From: Bugula neritina
Taxonomy: Eukaryota; Animalia; Bryozoa
DNA: 64,000 nucleotides
NCBI GenBank assembly: GCA_964035545.1
Contig: OZ037766.1
Coordinates: 29,576,640 to 29,640,639 of the forward strand
Direction: 5' to 3'
Position numbers and translations under genes: made by a program. Below, in pieces: positions 13,501-26,806 of this stretch. The stretch's first letter is position 1; every line of letters begins with the position of its first letter. Below the pieces are notes generated by a model. It saw only the letters and a list, made by a program, of their open reading frames with translations. It was not told the DNA's origin and made no database searches.

Positions 13501-16500
13501 TTGCAGTATAAACCAATTTATAAATGACACAGAATACCATAAAACAGTAAACAAAATAACAGCATTTTTTAAAATGATGATTTTAAACTATTTAAACTTT
13601 TTAGCGCTATGAAAGACGACTATAATAGCATATATATTGTCCTAAAATGGTAACATAATAAAGTGAGTTATAAAAAAGCCATGACTAAGTGAAACTATGC
13701 TAATACAGTATATAATGCAGGAGCACACAACTACTAAATACTCCACCAGATATAAAATAGTCGGCTGTCGTCTGCTTATCCTCGCGCGTCTCTCCAAACA
13801 GTGCAGTGCCAGAGGAGTGTACGACCGACTCATCACACAACTTAGAGAAGTACTGGAGGAGTCGGTTGATTATAAGACTCTCTTTACCAATACAGAGTAT
13901 GCTCAGTTTCTGTACAGATAACATACCTGGTAGCTTACATTCACTATACAGGATCTGTCTATATACACTACAGGCCTGGCCACACACTCGTGAGAATCAA
14001 ACGAAATCGTCCATTAGACACAAAAACACAATCGTACGAGAAAATTTGAAGGAATTCAGGCGAAATCGTCTTCGTTGGGTGTACACAACGAAGACGATGG
14101 ACGAAAAATCACAATCAACGATAAGCACCATTTGATTGGTCAATAGAATTTTAGCAACAGTAATTATTTCATTTCTACCACGTTTTTCTGTTTGGCAATT
14201 TTCTGCTGTTTGTATGTCGTGTAAGACTCATTCACAGACTATTTATTATGTGTTTCATCTGACGAGTGTGTGGCTGGTTATAATGAGAGGGTAACTCACG
14301 AAAATCGTCACACGAGTTTCGTGCAACTCTCACGAGCATGATGTTAGGAGAACTCAACCTTTTTTTCAAATTTGAATTATGAATATTTTGCTGAATAAAA
14401 TAGCTTATAGCAGGTTTCAAATGCGGAATATTATTATAATATACACATAAATAAGAAAACGTGGGAAGCATGCTGGCTTAATAAACACATGCAGTGTCAG
14501 TGCATGGTTCAAATTCCAGTAAAGGCTATTGGTAATATGTTAGGGAGGGCATTCAGTCACATAATTAATTAATCCTTTGCCACAACAGCTTGCTCAGAAA
14601 AGTTGTTTCTGTCAGGGGTTCTTACAGGGGTTCTTACAGGGGCTGTAACTCCATGTGACACACATGGAAAGATAACTTCAGAACAAACTGTGAGAGCATT
14701 ACAGATGGGGTGAACAGTATAGCCGGTAGCAGATCAAATATCAATACCCTACCTCCTAATCAATTAATTGCTACTATAATATCAATTATTATCAATTGTT
14801 AATAATACTTAGATAATACATTAGGACATTAGGTATTTGAATTTCACACTTTTTCAGATGACATAATACTCCACACACACACAAACTTACATGAGGGTGA
14901 GTAGATAGGAGACTGAAAAACAGAGCTAGCTTCAACTTGATGAAAGTTCCGGCAGGTGATATCACTTCTACAACAAATAAGACACTCGCTTCTAATTGGC
15001 CAACTAGCATATTCCTAGTGCAGTGATTGGCCAGAATATTCAGCAGCTTATAGCTTGATATACCCTTTGGTAATGCAATGTCACTATATGACTTCCTGAC
15101 CAGATAGAGGCTGAGCTGAGTCATTGCGTAACATGTAGACATAAATATTTAGCTCCATTAAGCACTTGGATATTTTCGGCTATAATTACTTTGTATATGA
15201 TTAGAAATTATAGCTTGAAGTTCACTGAATCTGATTTATAGCAAACAAATATATATTGGGAAATAAGTTCATAAATCATTCATTCATGCATGAGTAAATA
15301 ATAGTATAGTATTAGATTAAAATTAGTATAGTTTCCTAGCTTATTCTTACAATGATATACAAAAAAAAATGGGCAGATGTGGAAAAAGCTGCAGTATATG
15401 TGCTTAAAATATACCTCCACATAAGAAAGCCATCACTAAGTTGAAGCTCCACCTGGAATCTTTACGGTCTAAATAAATACAGTCATCATAATTACAAATG
15501 ATAATATTATAATCATTATCATTCATGTTATCAATTTAAATGCAACCATTATAAACAATTGAAATTTTTCATTGTCAGTATATATTGTAACAAATATGAT
15601 TTTGTTGAAAAATTTTATGTACAGTTATTACAGTGAATATGCACATACAGTTTATTGGTAGATTTACAAAAGAATATAACATTACATTTCAATAAAACAT
15701 GTATAATGTAACACGTGCATAATACTCAATAATGATAGATAATAATATAAAAATGAGACTAAAACAATGCAAAATACTAGAATTTATATATCTTTTCATA
15801 TAGATATTGTATGATTGAAGCAAGATTATTTCAACGAAAGGGGCAGAAAGATTCCCAAATTTCCATATTGAGAAAACAACACTCAATAACCTAATTTCTC
15901 AACAAATAAACTAACAATGGATAAACTCATCTTAGTAAATATTTTTGTTTCCAAATTCAAGTGTGTGACAAAAAATTATATATATAGAAATAGAAACCTG
16001 AGAGTAGCTGTGAGATGGAGTTAGGTATTGGTGACATGGAACAGAGCTGTTCAGTGGGTGGGTTTTGTATTACATTAGCCTACAGCAAGATGTGAACAAC
16101 TCAGAAATGACATTTTCTGGGTCATGCAGTGCAATTGTCACTAATCTCTTGATTACATATTACGTAACAGACAAAGAGCTATTGATATTAAAGACTGCCG
16201 TTCCCCACAATTCCCACAACATACAGTAAGCCTATATATACTGCACAGCTATAAAATACAACATTTTACTATAAATAACTAATGTCATATATAACTTATG
16301 AAAATCAAGTATTGGCAATCCAAAATGTCTTCATTTTAAGCAGGGGGAGACAATAAAATTGAATTAAATCTGTATTTTTGATGAACTTCATTTGGCAAAA
16401 AGAACTTTTGAAAAGTCGTATGGATTACGAGCTTAGAAAGCATGGAACTCTGTTCAGGTTTTAGCCGGCTTAATATTGCTATAAAGAAAAAAAGGAGAAA

Positions 16501-19500
16501 ATCATGCAAGATAAATCATTGGAAAACAATATCATAATAAAAAATACACAATATAAAGGTATGCAGAACAAAATGCAAAAACTGGTGACATAAGGTCAAA
16601 AAAGTATCTTCACTTATCAACCTTCTATCACAGAAAACCTTTATACATACTAATGTTGCATACTATAGTAACCTAAAATTAGCTAAAAGCCATTGATTCA
16701 AACCCAACTTATAATTCGACTTTCGTATAGGTTATGCAAAACCTACTCATACTCTAGAGTATTATGCATAGGTGATGATAACTTACCTCAACAACAACAT
16801 ATGGCTGCCTAGAGATCATTGTGTCAAACACTAGTCTACCACTAACAATGATGTCTTCACCAATACTATAGTCTCTAGCTTCCTCATCTATAATACACAT
16901 TTAATAATTTTACCTCTCACACCCGAGCATCATTAAACTTCACAAATTGGAGAAACAAAAACTCAAGAACAGCGAAATATAAGTTAAAATTACGAAAGCT
17001 GATCAAAAAAATAAAGTGTATTTATCTATTCTTGCCAACATGAAATACGATTTATACTATATCTATGTATTGCATATTATATTTCATAGTATAGTACGTG
17101 AATGAATTATATAAGTATATAACAAATCATAGGAAATGTAGATGAAGTGTGCTACAGCGACTTGAATCTATAATTACTAGTACATGCGGCACCTCTACAA
17201 ATAACTCGTATCTTTTGATGGAATGCAGCCATGTTGGAGTTACTTCCTCTCTTGAGAATAACGTGTAGAATTCTCTTATCTATAGGTGACAAAATCAACT
17301 CATACTATCCATTAGAAAAACAGGTAAACATGAATATATGAAGCTATAGAAACAGCAGTACATTGACTATAGTTGTGCTTTTTGTTTTTATAAACATTAA
17401 ATTCTCATTAATATAAAATATAAATTTTTTTGCAAAAAAACCATTCGCATTTCAAGTCAACTCAGTGTATTAGCTTTTAACAGAGAGAAAAAAAGCATAT
17501 CAAGAATGAATAAAAGACATTCCACTGTTTCAAAGCTATCCTTGCTAGTTCTAAGGGTATTGTGAAGCAACCTGAAAGCTTCCTAAAGCTCTTCTCTTCT
17601 TGCAGATGAGCTTTACAGAAGGTGCAGGTAAACACCTGGCCAACGGTAGTCTGCTCAGCAGCCCCAGGTACATGGATACGGACATACTTGAAGCCATATG
17701 ACCCCTCACACCCACTTATAGGGCAGTAATAACAGGCTATCTGTCTACAATAGGGGTATGTTTGAATACATGAAAAACATACAGATATTATATTATATTG
17801 TAATATCACACATGTACAATGCAATGGTATAATACATATTTGCTTGAAAATTCTAGCAATTATTTAAGTCAATAATAAAAGTTAAACGACATTTTCATTT
17901 AAACCAAGCAGCTATTTCATGTGAATTCAAGCGTTCAAAAGCTTTTTCTTGAGTGACAATCGTTACACCCAGAACATCTCCAAGCACTTAGACATAAGGG
18001 TTCTGTTTATACGATACACAGCACACTCTATGCTTTACATTATCAATCATTTGTCTATCTTGACGACATTTTTTTTATTAAACGAATACCTCATATATCA
18101 CAATGTACCAGCTTTTTAAACCATTATATATTTCTTATACCTAATACAGTTCCACACACATGCACAGCTTGCCACTATATGTTTAGTAACTCACGTGTAT
18201 TTCATCATGCATGACACTTCAGTAACTTTACACAGAAAAACGCAAGGGTTTCCAGATTTAGCAAATTCACATAGTGAGGTCTGGTCAGTAAGAGTGTGCC
18301 TAAAATATAAATATTTGTTTACTTAATTTCATCTAAAATTTGGCAAAATTTCAAAATGTAAAATTAAACAAAACTTTCATGAAAATTGCTAGAAGCAGCA
18401 CAGGGTTGGTGGTCAATAACCACAGTAGTTGGAGGAGAATTGAAATTTGGACACCAATGACTAGACACTTTGCACCGGTCACCCCGAACTTAGTGCTGCT
18501 TCTAGACTTTTTAAATTTTTTTATTTTATTGTCTAAATACTGATTCCCATGTTGATGACAATTTTTCACACAGAAGCAAGGTAACACACATGGGTTATCT
18601 CTTCTATATGGAAATGTTTGACTTACACTAATTACATAATTACATAAAATAGACTTACTTATGAATGTTTACCATATGTATTGTAATCAATTACAAATGT
18701 TCATAGAGTTATCTTCTCATGGTGAAACACAAGAGAAAGGAATTCACTAACCCATAAACTGATGGTAGGTCAGTTATTTTTAGCATAGCATGAACTTGAC
18801 TGAGGTTAAAATCATCAGGTACCATGTCCAATGCTCTGAAGACAATGAATGTAAACTAAAAATGCACATGACCCATATTTATATGCATGTTATGTGTATA
18901 ATGTAAAGCACATTGATAGCTAGTGAAACTGATAAAATAATACTAACAACTATTTAAATTCAACCTTGCATAATCATCTGTTACTCTAGAAAATGCTCAT
19001 AATTATATGGTGGAAATTATGGCAATAACTTGCCTTATGCTTGACTTAATTTGTAGTATTTGAAGCTGTAACAACATGAGAACATGAGAACAAAGAGTTG
19101 ATTATATACAGAAAACAACAAAGAAAAATAGGGCTATGAACACTGCTGGGCAGAAGTGTAGGTATGTGATTGCAAGTCAGAATAATTACTATGATATAGA
19201 GAAGATAATATTTTAGTCAGGAATTGAGAGAAAGAAACATTATACAGCTATATCCACCACTGGGATTCAGTCTGACAGCTATAGCATAGCACATAACTTG
19301 CTCTGTATAAGGTTCTGATGACTAATGTAACGGTCAAAAGAGGGGATTAACCCAGTCGTTTTCATTGCTTAGCAACTTGAAATTTAGCTTATTCATTGTC
19401 TATGTACTCCTCATCATTTATGCATTCACCATTAAAATTGATTTGCTAAAATATTTGGAAAAAATAAAGTATGTGACAGGCCCCCCTCCCCTCGCACAAA

Positions 19501-22500
19501 TCCAATCCACCCCTTGTTGGCTATAAATAGAACAATTGTTTCCATGCGCTAGTGACATGTCACAATACGTCAAAGCCAATCCAGTCACAGCTGGCATGCA
19601 TATCTAACTGTGACACGCAGTGTACGTGCCTGATCAATAGCTTACTAACTAGCCTACTAGTCACTGCTGTTGATTGCATTGTTAGACACATCTACTGGTT
19701 TTCCTTGCACTACAACTTAAAATAGTGTATGTTCTCATGGAACCAAATCCCCTGATTATACACGAGGTTGATGGACAGAATGAAATTGCAGACTCTGGTG
19801 ATCTACTAGATATTCCTTACATGGGAAATGGTGAATTGGAGAATTACAGAGAAAGATTAAAAGAAGACCCAGAAAAGTGGTCTGAGTATTTAGAGAGACA
19901 GAAGATTCGAGGCCGTTTGTATAGAGCTAGGAAATCGGCAAACATGACTCCTGCTGAACTGGAAGAGAAACGGAGACAAGATAGAGAGCGGAAGAGGCTA
20001 CAGCGAAGTCGGCAACGGCTTAGGGTCTTGGCTCTTTCTCATTCTGTCGGCGGAGATGGTGGTATGTAAGCACAGCCAGGCAGGCAAAAACAAAAGACAT
20101 TGTTAAAAGTTTTTGTGCTGAATTTTGAACAGGAAATTCAAAAACCTTGGCTACTGAAAATATTCTGGTGTAGCAGCTAAGCCATATCATTTTGTATAGC
20201 CATGTTTAAATATTGCAGCAAGAAGCTGCTTGTAGAGAGGGGAGTGTATGTTTTCAGGGTGAATAGTATACTGCAGTTTGCTGTATATAAGCACATTCAT
20301 TAGTCACTGTGGTTGTTTTTTAAATGTCTATCCATTAGAATGGTCTCAGCTACTGCTGCTTAGCGAATGTTATTTTAATCCTCAATTGCCACCTGATTTC
20401 GCTATGCTGCTCTTCTGTAATTATAGTATAGCTAGTAGCAACCTTCTTACGGCAAGTGAAGCAGTGTCACATTGTAACCTGCATTTGCTTTCAGTATCAC
20501 AAAATTATTATACCAGCGATAACACTAGTTAATCATTGAGGTCATTACTCATCACGTAGACTACTTTTTCAACAAAGCAATACGGTTGGTAAAGCGACGT
20601 TTCATTCTGTTAGGGTAATAAACTTTCCAATACCGCAACTACATGTATAGTATATTATACAAGTACAGTAGGCATGCGCTACTAGTGGCGGATAATTTAC
20701 ACGTATAACCCCCTATATTGAATTTATTTGTAATTATCACGAATAAATGTGATATATTATATGTTCTACTGCTAAAAAGGCTGTTTAATCGCAATTTGAA
20801 CATTTTTGAATAGAAAAGTTATTTTGAAAAAGTCAAAACTTATCCAGTTTGAAGTGAGCTCAATGAGTTTTTATTGGTTTAGTATTATTACATGTATAAG
20901 CCTAGGGCCACACGGCGCGTATTTTCGCATGCGAAAATTGAAATCACAAGTAGCAAAGGTGTCCACTGTGCGCGTTGAGAAAACCTTCGCACTTGTCGCT
21001 CTGCATTTTCAACGCAAGTGCGAATCGTCTCTGTCGTCGTCACCTAATTGGCTGGTAGCTATTCAGCGAGCCCAATTTCTTTATTTAGTGCTACATTCCA
21101 GTAAATTGCGTTTTATTGAAAGCGAGTGCGATTTAAAAATGAAAGCTTTATTTATCACGCATCACTGACGCTACAGTGGACACCTTTGCTACCCGTGATT
21201 TTAATTTTCGCATGCGAAAATACGCACAGTGTGGCCCTAGGCTAAGTAGTAGAGCTGCTAATTAACGAATGCTGAAAGAGACCCCCAACCCTATGCAGAC
21301 CCCACTGAGGAGCAGCAGTGGTGGAAAAATTGAAATAGACCAAGTTCTTTAATATTTTATTATTACATTTTGGATTTTGAGGATATAGCAGTTTTTGTAA
21401 CTGCCATCAATCTGATTGTAAATTGTAAAGGATCATTAATGGAGTACAATGGGCAGACAATTCTTGTAACCTACTGCTATTAACTTGAATTAATATTGGT
21501 TTCCACCAGCAATCATGAGCAAACAATTCCAAATAATAATAACTACACAGCTACAAACTGAAGAGTTTTCACAATAAATTTGCTCAGATTTCCCATAAAA
21601 TTACTAGCACAAGGATGAACTAATTTTTAGTTTAGATATTTTATTTAAAATTGCATTAGAAAATTCCATTCTCATAACTAGGTGTGTAATTTCAAAACCA
21701 TAAAATTATTGGTTTTTCAATGCAACCCAATCATAATTTAAAATTATATGCTATATAAAAAGTTGCTCATTTTTCAGAAGCTATATTTCAACTATGATAT
21801 ATCCCATATTATCTGATCATTATATGAACTACATGCATAATTATTATTGTCTCATATTAGTTGCATATTTCACAAAGTTAACTATTAGCCGAGCACTAAA
21901 TAAGTTGAAGGAAAGCTGAAATAACTTACTAGTATTTTATTTGCTGAGAGTTTGAAAATTTAAAAGAATTACAGCATAAATTACATAAATAAATAAGGAA
22001 ATAATATAATACTTTCTTTCCTATGCAGGTGTTATGGGGAATGCTTCCAATCCTCCCATATTTGGAAGATACACTGACTATCACCCTCAAGAAGAGAATA
22101 CAAACTCTACACAGCAACTTACTGTCACAGCTGGTAACGTCTGCAAATACCACGTGTCTCATGTGGATCGTATAGGAGTGATATTTATTCTTTGGAAGAG
22201 CTTAACAATTTGTCACTATACTACTAACACCAAAGTGCCCTTTACTTGAACATGTTTTGTATCAAAGCCTGGTAGCTTTTTAACATTAAAGTTGCAGAGT
22301 TGTTTTCAAATATATTTTTGTAAAACCGCTATGCTTTGTAGATGTGATGCCTCCAGTTTCGACAGGAAACTCTGAGGTCACTGCCGTAATAAAACAAGAA
22401 TCGAATGAAGATGACTGGATGAACGTTCTGCACATTGAAGCTGAAGATGCAAATCAAGACAAGGACAATACCAGCAGTCATCACACTACGCCAGATGTTA

Positions 22501-24891
22501 TTGAACATAATAACACCACCAACAATGAAATTACAGCAGAAATAATTACAGCTAGTGTTAATAGGCTTGTTGGCTCTAATAGCCCCTCCTTACTTCCTCA
22601 CGAAAACCCAGTGACTGTGAGAGAAACATGTAACTCCATAGTCCCTCATAGAAAAACTGAGCTTCCCACTACAGCACCTCAAATAACCACGAGTTCAATG
22701 CATAATTCACTGGTAAGTTAAAGATCTACCGCAACCCAAGATTGGGTTGATTTCTAAGCAAAGCTAATTTGTATTTAAACTATTGAATTGATTATTTATT
22801 ATTGAATCAAATTATGGAATATAGGGTGATAGCGATTATTTTTAACTTTTGTGCTAATTATATCCATAACGAAATTTGTGAATAATGAGCTTGTTTTCCA
22901 ACATCTTTTGTTTATAAATTGGTTATTTTCTTTTTTTAACCACTCTGCAAGCAATTGATAGTATCCAAATGCATTGCAGCCCTTTCCTTTGCAAAGGAGA
23001 ATGGCAGCTAAAGGAAACGTGAAGTTGTCTCACCGCAGCATATCACAGTTACTGGTTGAGCTTCATTCAGTGTCCAACAAAAGGCGAAGGGAGATAGAGA
23101 GACACAATCAAATGATGACCAAACTTCAAGATCAAGAAAGTGAAATTATGTCAACTATTAAAGCTAAGATGGGTATATGAAACGGCAAACCTTGAATTGT
23201 AGATAATGAGATGGAGATAATATTGCATAAAGTGATTTAGAAATGTTTTTGCATGCGACTATCATGTACTACAAACTTATTGGGTTTACCTAAGGAAGTT
23301 TAAAATACTGAGAAAATTTTTGGGCACAGCTATAAGATTTTGAAAGGGCTGTACAATTTGCTGATTTAAAACCTACTATTGACTAAGCAATCTAGGTGGA
23401 TTTTCGTAATAAACATTGATATAAGTATTTAAAATTTTACTTTGCCTTTAATCTTATTTCATGTTGCATAAAAAGTTTTATTTGAATTCAAGTCAAGCCC
23501 TGATAGTCATTGATAGTTATTGGTAAAAAGTAAATAACCAGAAAGTGTTTATCTGCAATGAGAAAGCAACTCCTATATTGTAAGAATTTCAACAAGAAAA
23601 TATTATGATTCAATAACGATAATTAACTTAAGCGATTTTTTCCTGATGAAATATAGGGAATTATATTAAATATTTTAGTACAAGCTACAGACTATAAATT
23701 TAGGAAACATGTAGACCAGTTGACTAAGAATAAGCTATAAGATTTGACTGTGCAACTTCCAACCTAAACACTCCTTTACCTTTACCTACCTTGTTGAACT
23801 GAGCAACTACAGCACCTGTGATTCAACTGATTGGCTATTCAAACCATACAATTAGCAAATAAAAAGTATATTTGGCAGTAGAAAAACTGTTATTGAAATT
23901 GAAGCATATTGGACTTGAAGAGAGAGTGCAGCTGATCACATAAAGCAGCTGCATGGAGGTTGACTATATGCAGCATACAGATATTGAATAAATAATTAAA
24001 TTATACATTTAATGGATGTTATCAATACATGTTTGTTTACATTACACACTTGATATTCTATCTGATGACATAATATGTGATTAATAATATTTTACTGAGA
24101 AGTTAGAATAGCTATAAGGATATACCTTTTGAAATAACTTGGTCGCTGTGCTTGGCTCATAGAGTACCATATTACCCAGTCCAGCTGTGTTATATATATC
24201 AAATAACTTACTTAACAATATTGCAAATATAAAACAGCATTGCTAATTGACATTGCATTTTAGTAAAACCATTTGCACATGTGCATATTATATGCATGAG
24301 TAAAATGCATGAAAGCTACTATCAGCGCAATTTATTGAAAAAAATATCATTCTATAAGCAATTGGTTGCAGCATCATTAGACGACATGAGATCCACCTGA
24401 TCGACTTGGCAATGAGACTATAAAAACACATTTTTTACATAGAATGCATGAGTAAAAAATTATAAAATGTGAGTAAATTAAATTTAAGTTGATGATATGC
24501 TCACCATCTATGTCAAGTAACTCCATTATGTTGATATGGTATATTATGGGAATCACAGAGAGCTAAAAAACAAACAAATCACATGAACAAAGAGAAGTAG
24601 GAGCATTGCAAAGTAATCAGCACTCAAAATATTATAAATTCTCAAATAAGAAAACACAGTTCACATATAACCATAAGGATTCCATAATCAGATGAGAATA
24701 ATGTGATTTATTGAATGCAACTGAACGCATATAACCAACAGTGACAATAATTTAGCAATCACCTGTTCACCTTGATCACTTGGAGCTTTTAATTTACTTA
24801 TCAGACTTTTGAAATCTGGATCAACTTTTCTCCAATAATGAAAGACAGACAGGATCATGCGATGGGATTGTGGACTACATTTCATATCCAT
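10561..24891 (-). CDS. MCMDC2: MCM domain-containing protein 2 (meiotic MCM paralog), 18 coding exons
   Basis: Approximate exons: 24763-24891, 24505-24562, 24126-24184, 18752-18855, 18195-18299, 17572-17744, 17192-17279, 16787-16887, 15998-16079, 15415-15468, 14891-14967, 13741-13910, 13249-13338, 12698-12866, 12172-12310, 11694-11827, 11098-11281, 10561-10653. Motifs match MCMDC2 as recalled: GFKYVRIHVPGAAEQTTV..FTCTFCKAHLQEEKSFRKLSDK, SPAGTFIKLKLALFFSL, GGSCLLA, FYLASRQVR, AESHARLSYRSTVLIEDALAAILLYEE. Confidence 0.92.
11925..12075. repeat. (TCTG/TCTA)n tetranucleotide microsatellite in an MCMDC2 intron
   Basis: Directly visible in the sequence. Confidence 0.95.
12553..12645. repeat. Degenerate tandem repeat of ~29 bp, 3 units
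   Basis: Units resemble CAGCCCCACTATAAGCATAYGATATAARA. Confidence 0.6.
13972..14281. mobile_element. Degenerate MITE, PIF/Harbinger-like
   Basis: Left GGCCTGGCCACACACTCGTGAGA pairs with right TCTGACGAGTGTGTGGCTGG. The interior is CpG-rich, and the GCCACAC terminal motif is shared with the element at 20900. Confidence 0.6.
14462..14670 (+). mobile_element. Degenerate SINE copy, same family as 6020-6216
   Basis: GGTTCAAATTCC B-box, GGCTATTGGTAATATGTTAGGGAGGGCATTCAGTCA core, and a TCAGGGGTTCTTACAGGGG tail matching the 6020 copy. Confidence 0.55.
19737..23180 (+). CDS. Nested antisense gene (~333 aa): basic helical N-terminus, low-complexity middle, C-terminal coiled coil
   Basis: Exons 19737-20061, 22029-22133, 22342-22712 and 22980-23180 join in frame (1002 nt), all inside MCMDC2 intron 18856-24125. 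The exon 1-2 junction is the least certain; exon 1 could instead end at TAA 20067-20069 as a separate gene. Confidence 0.65.
20900..21242. mobile_element. PIF/Harbinger (Tourist-like) MITE, 343 bp
   Basis: Near-perfect TIRs of ~70 bp (GCCTAGGGCCACAC...TATTTTCGCATGCGAAAATT..AATCAC..GTAGCAAAGGTGTCCACTGT) with a TAA target-site duplication at 20897-20899 and 21243-21245. Confidence 0.85.
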
Positions 24892-26548
24892 AGTACCTCA
24901 AAGTTATATATTCCCTACAGAAGCAGTAAGAATTAGGATAATTTATCTCTGCCAACTTCTCTTTTATACTAAAATTCAGCGAAAATCAAAGTTTAAAAGT
25001 GCAATTAATTATTATTATCTTGGATTTATCTTTCAAGATCTTGCATATGAAAATATACACATTTGGGCCTACTTGACTACTCATTGAAGCTTTACTCATG
25101 CTATAGCTGTGATCCTAGTCATAGTGGTTAGTAATATTTACTATAGCACATGCTTATACTTACACTTCCTCTGACAGAGACAAAAGTTGAAATAGTAATT
25201 TATTAATTTATAAATACAATACAGCATCACTATTTCTTTAGCTTTCACATACATTTTTACTTGATAAATAACTGTCTCTAAGTTTATCAATTTTATTCTA
25301 GCTTATTAATAATAAAAAAATTATAGACTTAGAGTAACACCAACAAAATACAAATACAATTAAATTTAATCATTAATGATGTTGATCATAAATTATTCTT
25401 ATAATTTAGACTATGCATGACTATAAGTATATTTATCATATTTATTATACTAATACTAATAGTTATAAGGATTATGAATTATTGATCATCATTATAAAAA
25501 CAAAATTTCTAAAGTTGACAATTCTATTAGTATTAATAATTATAATAAACTGTGATATATTATTATTGAACTATAGTTATTTATTATGTTTATATTAATA
25601 TTATTCATTGAGCTTTATTCATTACTAAATTACTATCGAAAATACTAATATATGATCACAAATAATATTTTATGATAATACTAATAGTAATAGATATTAT
25701 TATTATAATTATAATTATTATATAAAGTTATATTGCATTTGCTTATACTTACAGTAATAGTTATTATAGTTAAACCTAATGCTACACTTACACTGTTTCA
25801 GTTAAGACTTGAGTCTGAGATTAAACTTTATACAATTAAATTTACTTTTATTTTTACCTTTACTTTTAGCTATTGAATTGATAATCATAATGATAATGAT
25901 AATGATAATCATAATGATATTCATATTGATGAAATTTTTAATTTATGGAACCCATAAATTTAGCTAATAATATAAAGACTCTACAACTGCAGGATGTAAT
26001 AATATTACTCAATAAGTTGTATTATAGTTTTAATCCAGAGCCACGGTGAAAACCTTCACACTGCCACTAGTTAACAGTTGATATAACAAAATAATAATTA
26101 TTATAATAATTTAGTTGACTGCTGCTGCAGCAGATTGTGTCATTAGGCTGATCTTCGTTCCGTAATAATGTCGGGCACCCAAGTACAGTAGAACCTGCAC
26201 CAAAAGTACAGCTATTACAGTTTATGTGTTTCTCAGTAATTTCCGGTGTTATAATTTTGGTACATTGGTGATTTGAGTTATGGCGAATATAAATATTATA
26301 ATACTAAATAATGTACACCCACTCCCTGTCATGGCAATAGATGTCGGAATATAAACTTACTATTTTATTTTGATTTTTTTTTAAAAGAATGTTTAGTAGT
26401 ATTTAATAATTCCATATTCAAGTTATTGCCTTTCTGTTAGTGTTAGTGTTTGTTATTATTTTTAAGTATAACATAATGATAATCATAATGATAATCATAA
26501 TCATAATGGTTGATCATGATGTGTATCATTATGATTGTAAAATTATTG

Positions 26549-26806
26549 TCCCCAATGGGATACGAACTTAAGACCCGTGGCTTCCAAGCAGGCGCACTAA
26601 CCATTGCACCCTGGGGACTTCGGGTTTCCTAACAGCATCCCACCCAGTTCTCTCCAGAACTGCACTGGCTCCCAAGTACTTTGTAAGTTCATGGGCTTCG
26701 CTCGTCACTCAGCTCTGTAAGAGTATTTCCACAATACAAGGTCAAAGTAGCTTGTAAAACTATTGCCCTACTGGGATACGAACCCGAGACATCCGGCTTG
26801 CAGAGA
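26549..26806 (-). repeat. Two tandem tRNA-like (pseudo-tRNA or SINE-head) units about 217 bp apart
   Basis: The 26549-26617 reverse strand has an acceptor-like stem TCCCCAG/TTGGGGA, a TGGTTAG D-loop and a GTTCGTATCCC T-loop. A 3' half copy at 26765-26806 shares the flanking sequence. The stems are broken, so this is not called a functional tRNA. Confidence 0.6.

Noticed and set aside
23790-23815. Apparent 26-nt MCMDC2 micro-exon with an in-frame TAG (possible readthrough or pseudogene signal)
   Set aside because: Extending the next exon to the acceptor at 18855 gives FQK-FTFIVFRAL, which aligns without gaps to MCMDC2 as recalled, so no micro-exon is needed.
26549-26617. Functional tRNA-Pro(TGG)
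   Set aside because: The T-stem and anticodon stem are disrupted, and the unit is part of a tandem repeat.
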